From an uncultured Methanosarcinales archaeon (GTDB lineage: Archaea; Nanobdellota; Nanobdellia; Woesearchaeales; CAYNLP01), in contig CAYNLP010000003.1 of the NCBI GenBank assembly GCA_964398115.1, positions 49,586-69,585 of the forward strand: a stretch of DNA of 20,000 nucleotides, given 5' to 3'. Both the position numbers and the translations under genes were made by a program. Under the pieces are notes generated by a model. It searched no databases. It worked only from the letters and a program-made list of their open reading frames with translations, and was not told the DNA's origin. This document shows positions 1 to 6,687 of the stretch, one piece after another (position 1 is the stretch's first letter; each line of letters starts with the position of its first letter).

Positions 1-114
1 CATCTTCATCCCTACGATTTTCATCCCTACGTCTTCAAACCTGTTTAGAATTTCTCCAGTTAACCCTCTTCTTACACCATCTGGTTTGATTAGGACTAGA
101 GTTCTTTGTATCAT
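1..114 (-). CDS. ndk: Nucleoside diphosphate kinase, N-terminal part (runs off the window)
   Basis: Not in the ORF track. Manual translation from ATG at 114 gives [38 protein letters not shown], the typical NDK N-terminus (RTLxxIKPDGV). TAATG overlap with the rpl24e stop; conserved archaeal L7Ae-S28e-L24e-ndk order. Confidence 0.95.
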   Translation of the reverse strand, partial: MIQRTLVLIKPDGVRRGLTGEILNRFEDVGMKIVGMKM

Positions 115-305
115 TATGCTTTCTTACCTTCTTTGATCATATGGTATTCTTTAGTCCACTTTGTAGTTCGTGGTTTCCTATCTAGTTTTAGCATGTTTTT
201 CTCACATTTGCTACTGCAGAAATCCATTATACTTCCTGATTTAGTTACTAGCTTCTTTCCTGTTCCGGGTTCAATTTCTTCTTTGCAAAAGTCGCATACA
301 GCCAT
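114..305 (-). CDS. rpl24e: 50S ribosomal protein L24e (eL24)
   Basis: CDFC...IEPGTG...FCSSKCEKN...RKPR..KWT zinc-binding signature; operon context. Confidence 0.97.
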   Translation of the reverse strand: MAVCDFCKEEIEPGTGKKLVTKSGSIMDFCSSKCEKNMLKLDRKPRTTKWTKEYHMIKEGKKA

Positions 306-308
306 TTT

Positions 309-548
309 TTATCTACCTCTTCCTCCTCTACTTAACGGTCTTGCTTCGATGTCGGTTTCTCGAAGCATTAAGGTGTCTCCTACCCTTACAGGTCCTCGAA
401 CGTTTCTTCGGATTGTTTTGTTCTTATCTTTTCCTTCTAATATTTTGCACCTGACTTGAGTGGCTTCTCCTTTAGTTCCTGTTCTTCCTACTACTTCTTC
501 CACTTTTGCTGGTACTGCTTCCGAAAATGGATCTTCTTGATCTGCCAT
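309..548 (-). CDS. rps28e: 30S ribosomal protein S28e (eS28)
   Basis: [21 protein letters not shown]...[25 protein letters not shown] matches the eS28 consensus. Confidence 0.97.
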   Translation of the reverse strand: MADQEDPFSEAVPAKVEEVVGRTGTKGEATQVRCKILEGKDKNKTIRRNVRGPVRVGDTLMLRETDIEARPLSRGGRGR

Positions 549-552
549 TTTT

Positions 553-855
553 TTACAGTTTCTTCATAACGTCTGCAGCTTCGCCAGGTTCTGTTATCGC
601 AACGCTTGCTGTTGCGACGTTCAAGCCTGCAGCTGCTCCCAATTCTTCTTTGCTGGAGACTGTTACGTGTTTCACATCTTTTTCTTCGCAAAGTAGTGGT
701 AAGTGCATAACTACTTCTTCTGGTTCTACGTCATCTGCAGAGACTACTAGCTTTGCTTCTCCTCTTTCAATGGCGTTTGTAGTTTCGTTTGTTCCTTTTC
801 TAATCTCGCCTGTTTTCCTTGCGAGTTCAACTGCTTCATATGCTTGATCACTCAT
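553..855 (-). CDS. rpl7ae: 50S ribosomal protein L7Ae (eL8), K-turn-binding protein
   Basis: [42 protein letters not shown]...[20 protein letters not shown] at 866-872. Compact 100-aa form. Confidence 0.97.
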   Translation of the reverse strand: MSDQAYEAVELARKTGEIRKGTNETTNAIERGEAKLVVSADDVEPEEVVMHLPLLCEEKDVKHVTVSSKEELGAAAGLNVATASVAITEPGEAADVMKKL

Positions 856-927
856 TTTCTGTTTAACCTCCTGGTAACGAGAATGTGTTACCTCTTTCCA
901 CCCTCTCGGGCTTCATCATTCATCGGT
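856..927 (-). promoter_or_regulatory. Structured 5' leader of rpl7ae with K-turn/box C-like motif, two hairpins and SD
   Basis: Minus strand reads CCGATGAATGATGAAG (926-911), then GCCC-GAGA-GGGT GNRA hairpin (911-900), GGTAAC-N8-GTTACC hairpin (892-873) and AGGAGGT (872-866). Confidence 0.65.
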
Positions 928-947
928 ATTTTGGGAGAAAAAGAACC

Positions 948-957
948 TATTTAAAAA
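948..957 (-). promoter_or_regulatory. TATA box of the rpl7ae operon
   Basis: TTTTTAAATA on the minus strand, about 22-25 nt upstream of the start of the structured leader. Confidence 0.6.
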
Positions 958-959
958 GG

Positions 960-1652
960 TTACGGTCTGTTATAGACAGAATTTTGAACTTGATCATTTA
1001 TTTCCTTGTACTTTTGCAATCTAGGCAGGGCAAAGTCCTCAACATACAAATCTGCAATTTTATCCACGGTTCCTTTCATAAGTGGTTCCATAGTTTTAGA
1101 TGTTACGTATCCAGTGGCTACCGCTGCTAAAGCACTCTCCACTAAATCGTTTCCAATCCAAATTCCAAGCATTCCTCCAGCAACTCCTAGGAAGCCACCT
1201 CCAAAAATTTTTCCTGCACTGTATCTCAAATCACGCCAATCTTCTCCCAGTGAATCTACAGTATCTTTACTTCTTACAGATTCAAATAATCTTTCTTCTT
1301 CATTTTCTACTAAGTTTTCAAGTCCATCAGCAAAAACGGTTTGACTTTCTACACTTCCTCGAACATTTATCTCAGGCTCGTTCAATCCTGGGATATATTT
1401 ACCTAAAGCGGATTTAATCATTATCTCATCCAAGCACCATCTATAATCTTCGATAGCACTATCAGATAAACTCTCAGGATTTACGTCGTGTTCAGAAATG
1501 AATTCATCTGCGTCAATTTCTGTTTGGATTCCAGAATCTATATACATGCGAAGCGTTTGAGTATTTACACTGGCCGAAGATTTCAAATTCTTTAATAACC
1601 CGCCGTATTCTCTAGATAATTCTCCTCTTTCTGAATTTGGTATGTATCGCAT
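960..1652 (-). CDS. Hypothetical protein with a C-terminal glycine-rich hydrophobic hairpin (probable membrane protein)
   Basis: Long ORF with acidic composition like its neighbours. ATG at 1652 is preceded by GGAGGGGAGG and preferred over TTG 1673. Hydrophobic stretch IFGGGFLGVAGGMLGIWIG...ALAAVATGYV. No family recognised. Confidence 0.7.
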   Translation of the reverse strand: MRYIPNSERGELSREYGGLLKNLKSSASVNTQTLRMYIDSGIQTEIDADEFISEHDVNPESLSDSAIEDYRWCLDEIMIKSALGKYIPGLNEPEINVRGSVESQTVFADGLENLVENEEERLFESVRSKDTVDSLGEDWRDLRYSAGKIFGGGFLGVAGGMLGIWIGNDLVESALAAVATGYVTSKTMEPLMKGTVDKIADLYVEDFALPRLQKYKEINDQVQNSVYNRP

Positions 1653-1687
1653 CCTCCCCTCCACTCTCTTCAAACAAACGCGTTTAG

Positions 1688-1720
1688 TTATAAAATTTTC
1701 TATATCGGTGTATTTATATA
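1688..1720. promoter_or_regulatory. Divergent promoter pair (TATA boxes)
   Basis: TTTTATAA on minus (1695-1688) facing the hypothetical gene; TTTATATA on plus (1713-1720), about 25 nt before ATG 1745. Confidence 0.55.
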
Positions 1721-1744
1721 GAAGTGTTTAAATTTTCAAATAAA

Positions 1745-2605
1745 ATGCTGTTATTTTCGAAAATAATGGGAGGATTGGCACTTTTCTTTGCTATGTTGGA
1801 AGATTTAAGGACGAGAGAAGTGCCTGATTGGATAAGCTTTGGTCTTATTTTCATATCTTTGGGTACCGCGGCTATCTTCTCAATACATCTAGAGGATTAT
1901 TCTTATATTGTGAAAAGCGTTAGTGGATTAATTATTTGTGTAGGTATTGCTTACTTAATGTATTACACAGCCCAATGGGGCGGGGGTGATTCAAAACTTT
2001 TAATGGCGATGGGAGCGTTGTTCGGCATCGACATTTTCAATCTTACGAGGGTACCAAACTTGATTATCCTTCTAATTAACATTGCAATCATAGGAGCTAT
2101 TTACGGAATTTCATGGAGTTTGTATGCTGCTTTGAGGAATTGGCAAAGTTTCAAGCAAAGTTTCAAAGAAAAAATTTATAGTGATCGTTTCAAGAAAATC
2201 CGCAAATACAATATTATAATTGTCATCCTATTCTTAGTAGCGTTGTTTTTCGTTCCTTTCTCCTTCAAAGCCTTATTGGTGGCAGTTATCTTATTCTTGT
2301 ATGTAACACTCTACCTTTGGGCTTTCATAAGAAGTGTTGAAGAAAGTTGTATGATAGTTGAAAGAAAAGTTGAAGATCTTGTCCCAGGAGATTGGATAGC
2401 GGAAGAAGTAAAGATTGATGGTGAACACGTCATCGGAGTTGAAGATCTCGGTATTAGCGAAAAGCAAATTAAGAAAATCAAGGATAGTGATTTAGAAAAA
2501 GTTGTTGTTAGAGAAGGAGTTCCTTTCGTTCCAAGCTTCTTCATAGGTTACACACTCACTTTATGGATTGGAAACTGGATTGCTTTACTAGGGCAACCTC
2601 TCTAA
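1745..2605 (+). CDS. Prepilin/prearchaellin peptidase, A24 family (FlaK/PibD-like)
   Basis: Multi-pass membrane protein with both catalytic aspartate motifs (EDLRTREVPD and WGGGDSKLL) and the archaeal C-terminal part (L.PGDW...EGVPFVPSF). Start ATG 1745 chosen from TATA spacing; the ORF track uses GTG 1724. Confidence 0.9.
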   Translation: MLLFSKIMGGLALFFAMLEDLRTREVPDWISFGLIFISLGTAAIFSIHLEDYSYIVKSVSGLIICVGIAYLMYYTAQWGGGDSKLLMAMGALFGIDIFNLTRVPNLIILLINIAIIGAIYGISWSLYAALRNWQSFKQSFKEKIYSDRFKKIRKYNIIIVILFLVALFFVPFSFKALLVAVILFLYVTLYLWAFIRSVEESCMIVERKVEDLVPGDWIAEEVKIDGEHVIGVEDLGISEKQIKKIKDSDLEKVVVREGVPFVPSFFIGYTLTLWIGNWIALLGQPL

Positions 2606-3100
2606 ATGCTTAGTAAGATAGTTTTCTTCATCTCCTTCAACTTTTTCTTTCTCACTGGTCTTAACAGGTCTCTTGGGTTTTTTATCTTCACTGTGCCCTA
2701 TCAAGTCTGCCTGGTCTTTAATACTCTTCTGAGCTTGTTCTAACACGCCGTCGTCAGCTCTCTCAGCATCCCATTCTAATCTTAAGTTGTCACTTTCCGA
2801 TCTTGTAACCACGTCCATGTGTAAGTGACTATCAAACATGTCTCCCTCATTAACTATAATATTAGTCCCTTCTGCCCCTAATTGTTCAAACAAAATGCTA
2901 GCGACGACGTTACCCACTTGGAACATGTGCTGTACCGCTTCATGAGTTAAATCATCAAAACTTTCTGCGTGTTCCTTACTATAAACACGAACGTGGCCTT
3001 TAGTTGCGGGCTTAGCTGGTAAAACCACATGCGCATGAGGATCGGTATATATTATCATACCCTCTCTTTCCTCAATGCTATTACAAACTTGACAATTCAT
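2588..3100 (-). CDS. HIT-fold protein, degenerate (triad HLHMD)
   Basis: CQVC, PATKGHV, KEH, GAEGTNIIVN and SHLHMDVVTR; ATGA overlap with the upstream HIT gene. Confidence 0.85.
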   Translation of the reverse strand: MNCQVCNSIEEREGMIIYTDPHAHVVLPAKPATKGHVRVYSKEHAESFDDLTHEAVQHMFQVGNVVASILFEQLGAEGTNIIVNEGDMFDSHLHMDVVTRSESDNLRLEWDAERADDGVLEQAQKSIKDQADLIGHSEDKKPKRPVKTSEKEKVEGDEENYLTKHLERLP

Positions 3101-3891
3101 TTGAACAACCTCGAGACTTTATCTAAGTCAGCATCTTCAGAATTTTCTAATTCGTCCTCAGACTTGATATCATCATCTTCGTCAGCCATTTCTTTCTTAT
3201 TTACTTCTTGTAATTGAGAGCTTAATTCATCAATATTTATATCTTGAAATACTTGTTTAAGTTGAGGATTCTCCTCTATTAATTGTTTGAACTTTTCAGG
3301 TTTTTCTGCAATTAACTTCCTAACTTCAGGGTTCTCTTCTAAAACCATTGCAAGCTGTTCTTTAGCCTTTTCTCCACTTTCTTGGTCTGGCATTTTTCCT
3401 TCTTGTGCTAGTAAAGCTTGCATAGCCTGCCCTACTCCTTTTTGTAAGGGTTCTAACAATTGTGATTGATCTACACTTTTTTCTGCGAGCGTGAATTGAT
3501 CTAAGCCATCACCACTATCCCTAGGTATTATGTGAAACAAGAAATGGGGGGATTGTTGCCCTGCTACTGCACCGTTTGCCATGAAGACTGTCGTTCCTAA
3601 GCTAGGCAGTCCTTTTCTTATAGAAGCGCACAAATCCTTGGTTAGTTTAAACATGTGTTTAGAAGTTTCTTGTGGGATGACAGGAAGAACAGGATAATGT
3701 TCTTTCGGTAATACTAAAATGTGGCCTTTCGTTGCCGGTCTTATATCCATTATGGACAGTATTTTATCATCTTCATACACTTTTTTGCTGGGAACTTCTC
3801 CATTTACTATCTTGCAGAATATACAATTTTTCTTCTGCAATTCAGCTATTTCCTCTTCACTCATGTTAGAAAGTTCTTCTTCCGTTACCAT
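3097..3891 (-). CDS. HIT-fold (Hint-like) protein, degenerate (triad HFLFH), with acidic helical C-terminal extension
   Basis: NCIFCKIV.GEVPSKKVYEDD, DIRPATKGHILVLPKEH, NGAVAGQQSPHFLFHIIPR. Start ATG 3891 is about 25 nt from a TATA box; the ORF track uses GTG 3906. Confidence 0.9.
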   Translation of the reverse strand: MVTEEELSNMSEEEIAELQKKNCIFCKIVNGEVPSKKVYEDDKILSIMDIRPATKGHILVLPKEHYPVLPVIPQETSKHMFKLTKDLCASIRKGLPSLGTTVFMANGAVAGQQSPHFLFHIIPRDSGDGLDQFTLAEKSVDQSQLLEPLQKGVGQAMQALLAQEGKMPDQESGEKAKEQLAMVLEENPEVRKLIAEKPEKFKQLIEENPQLKQVFQDINIDELSSQLQEVNKKEMADEDDDIKSEDELENSEDADLDKVSRLFK

Positions 3892-3915
3892 GTCTTTTAA
3901 AGACACGAGTTTTTG

Positions 3916-3948
3916 TTTATAAAATTATCGAGAAGAAAGTTTTTAAAC
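3916..3948. promoter_or_regulatory. Divergent promoter pair between the HIT operon and UPF0182
   Basis: TTTTATAAA on minus (3924-3916) about 25 nt from ATG 3891. Purine-rich BRE-like AGAAAG followed by TTTTTAAA on plus (3940-3947), about 25 nt from ATG 3973. Confidence 0.6.
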
Positions 3949-3972
3949 GAGTCCTTAATCTTTCATATTTGT

Positions 3973-6651
3973 ATGAACCTTAAGGACTTGGGGAAATGGT
4001 TGGTTGGAATAATCTTTGTTGCAGTGATTTTCTTATCTAGTTTTTCAAACCTACTTGGTAACTTTTGGTGGTTTGAAGCGCTCAATTATCAGAATGTTTT
4101 TATAAGAATTCTTTCTTACAAAGTAGGTGCTTTCTTAGTAGCATCTTTGCTTTCAGGACTGATCCTAACAGTGGGTTATAGGTGGACTATTCATAATATA
4201 AGAAAAGATAAACAGTACGTGGATAGCAAGTGGCCTTACCTAACAATTGCTTTAGCTTCCGTCGTTATAGGTTTTTCTTTCACCGGCGCGTGGGATGTCA
4301 TACTTAAATTCTTACACACTACTCCTTTCAACGTCGCCGATCCCGTATTTGCACAAGACGTAGCATTCTACACTTTTGAACTACCTTTCTACAAAACAGT
4401 AGTTAGTTTCTTAACCACTACTTTCATATTATCCCTGCTGACATCTCTCTTCCTATACGGAGCTTACTTTGCCAGTGAAGAATATGAAGAAATTGAACCC
4501 TTAACAGGACGGAAAATGCAGGGTAAAAATTTCAACTTCAGCAACTTCATGGATAAAATAAGTGAATATGCTAACGTGCATTTAAGCTTATTCCTTGCTT
4601 TCATATTTTTAACAATTGCAGCCAACGTGTTTTTCTCTAGGTTTGACTTATTATATTCAGAAATGGGTGCAGTTTTCGGTATAGGTTTTACCGAAATGAA
4701 CGTTACACTATTGGTATTGTTAATAATTTCCATAGTGGCTTTGATAGGAGCAGTTGGTTTATTCGCTAATGCTTGGTTGAAGAAGAAATGGATGATTTGG
4801 GGAACTGTATTGACCTTAGTAGTGATAGCAATTATTGGAAACATCGCTAGCTGGGGTGTGCAAAGTTTAGTAGTAGAACCGGACGAGTTTAACAAGGAAA
4901 AACCGTTTATTGAAAACGAGATTGAGTTCACAAGGAAAGCTTACAATTTGAATAAAGTTGCGGAGGAGCAATTCCCTGTATCACCTAATTTGACAAAAGA
5001 GGAGATTAACGCCAATCCTGAAACTATAGAAAATGTGCGTTTATGGGATTGGAGACCATTGTTAAAAACTTATAACGAATTACAAATTTTCAGAACTTAC
5101 TACAATTTTAACGATGTGGATGTAGATCGTTATCCAATTAATAATAAAGAAACTCAGGTGATGGTTAGCGCTAGAGAGATAGATCTTGATCAACTACCTC
5201 CTCAATCTCAAAGTTGGGTTAATAAACACTTGGTATACACTCACGGTTACGGTTTGACAATGAGTCCTGTGAGAGAAGTGAGCAAAGAAGGATTACCCGA
5301 GTTGATAGTGAAGGATATTCCTCCAAAAAGCAAGCATATTAATATTGAACAGCCCAGAATTTACTATGGTGAAAACACTCACACTTACAATATTGTAAAC
5401 ACACAAACTCAAGAACTTGATTATCCCAGTGGTGAAAGAAACGTTTACACCAATTACGAAGGAGAGGGGGGAGTAGAACTTTCTCTTTTCAGAAGACTAG
5501 TTTACGCAATTGCATTTGGCGATCCTCAAATATTTTTCTCAGGGAGTATAACACCTGATAGTCAATTGCAATTCCATAGGAGTATTCAAGATAGAGTTCG
5601 AACGTTAGCTCCATTCCTAAAATACGATGCTGACCCTTATATTGCAGTAGCAGATGGAGAAATGTACTGGATTTACGACGCTTACACCACTACCGACAAG
5701 TATCCTTACAGCAAAAAGATGAATTTCAAAGATGAAAGAATAAATTACATCAGAAATAGTGTAAAGGTTGTTGTAAATGCCTACAGTGGGGAGACAAACT
5801 TCTATGTGAGTAACGAAGAAGATCCAATCATACAAACATACCGAGATATATTCCCCTCCCTGTTCAAAGATTTCTCGCAAATGAGTGAAAGTTTGAAAGA
5901 ACATATCCGATATCCGGAAGATATTTTCCGAGCACAATCCAAAATGTACTTGGATTATCACATGCGAGATCCAAACGTTTTCTATAACAAAGAAGATAGT
6001 TGGAGGATTCCAAACGAAGTATTGAGAGGTAGAAACACTGAAATGGAACCTTACTATATCATTATGAAACTTCCTCAAGAAGATGAAGCTGAATTCATGC
6101 AGATACTTCCATTCATCCCAAGGGGTAAAGAGAACATGATTGGTTGGATGGCTGCTAGAAGCGACCCTCCTAACTATGGAGAGTTAAAATCTTACTTGTT
6201 CAGCAAGCAAGAACTCATATTTGGACCGATGCAGATAGAATCCAGAATTGATCAAGACACGGAAATAAGTCAACGAATAACCTTGTGGTCTCAAAGCGGC
6301 TCCAGTGTGTTCAGAGGAAACTTATTACCAATACCAATTGAAGACACCATATTATATGTGGAGCCATTATTCCTGCAAAGCCGGGGTGAAGGTTCATTGC
6401 CGGAGTTGAAACGTGTAATAGTAGCGCAAGGAGATAGACTCACCATGCAACCCACTTTAGATGAAGGCTTAAATGCTCTATACGGCGAAGTTAACCAAAC
6501 ACCTGTACAACCTCAACCACCAGTTCAAGATAGGAATATGAGTCGTTTGAGACAATTATATAATGAAGCTTCTTCCGCTCTCCAGAGAGGAGATCTAGCA
6601 ACGTATGCAGAGAAAGTACGACATATTGGTCAAGAAATAGGTGCTGAATAA
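3973..6651 (+). CDS. UPF0182 family integral membrane protein (COG1615)
   Basis: N-terminal multi-TM region (WWF..L.Y..VF; DPVF..DVAFY.F.LPF), then ENVRLWDWRPL, YYNFNDVDVDRY, WVNKHLVYTHGYG, PRIYYGE, NYIRNSVKVVVNAYSG, HIRYPED, FYNKED.W, GNLL.IPI..TILYVEPLFLQ, LPELKRVIV. Likely start ATG 3973. Confidence 0.93.
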   Translation: MNLKDLGKWLVGIIFVAVIFLSSFSNLLGNFWWFEALNYQNVFIRILSYKVGAFLVASLLSGLILTVGYRWTIHNIRKDKQYVDSKWPYLTIALASVVIGFSFTGAWDVILKFLHTTPFNVADPVFAQDVAFYTFELPFYKTVVSFLTTTFILSLLTSLFLYGAYFASEEYEEIEPLTGRKMQGKNFNFSNFMDKISEYANVHLSLFLAFIFLTIAANVFFSRFDLLYSEMGAVFGIGFTEMNVTLLVLLIISIVALIGAVGLFANAWLKKKWMIWGTVLTLVVIAIIGNIASWGVQSLVVEPDEFNKEKPFIENEIEFTRKAYNLNKVAEEQFPVSPNLTKEEINANPETIENVRLWDWRPLLKTYNELQIFRTYYNFNDVDVDRYPINNKETQVMVSAREIDLDQLPPQSQSWVNKHLVYTHGYGLTMSPVREVSKEGLPELIVKDIPPKSKHINIEQPRIYYGENTHTYNIVNTQTQELDYPSGERNVYTNYEGEGGVELSLFRRLVYAIAFGDPQIFFSGSITPDSQLQFHRSIQDRVRTLAPFLKYDADPYIAVADGEMYWIYDAYTTTDKYPYSKKMNFKDERINYIRNSVKVVVNAYSGETNFYVSNEEDPIIQTYRDIFPSLFKDFSQMSESLKEHIRYPEDIFRAQSKMYLDYHMRDPNVFYNKEDSWRIPNEVLRGRNTEMEPYYIIMKLPQEDEAEFMQILPFIPRGKENMIGWMAARSDPPNYGELKSYLFSKQELIFGPMQIESRIDQDTEISQRITLWSQSGSSVFRGNLLPIPIEDTILYVEPLFLQSRGEGSLPELKRVIVAQGDRLTMQPTLDEGLNALYGEVNQTPVQPQPPVQDRNMSRLRQLYNEASSALQRGDLATYAEKVRHIGQEIGAE

Positions 6652-6653
6652 CA

Positions 6654-6661
6654 TTTATATA
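6654..6661 (+). promoter_or_regulatory. TATA box of the P-type ATPase gene
   Basis: TTTATATA ending 26 nt before ATG 6688. Confidence 0.55.
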
Positions 6662-6687
6662 GTACCGGTAGTAAAAAAACCTTGTAG

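Noticed and set aside
5..31. 12-bp direct repeat ttcatccctacg
   Set aside because: Encodes VGMK twice within ndk; two copies only, not CRISPR or regulatory.
911..926. Independent box C/D sRNA gene upstream of rpl7ae
   Set aside because: A box C is present but there is no downstream CUGA box D at guide spacing; better explained as a cis-acting leader.
106..1417. Plus-strand ORFs overlapping the ribosomal genes and the hypothetical gene
   Set aside because: Antisense shadows without recognisable features.
1745..2605. Possible pilus/archaellum gene cluster around the prepilin peptidase
   Set aside because: No class III signal-peptide pilin, assembly ATPase or platform protein is recognisable in the window; the peptidase is stand-alone.
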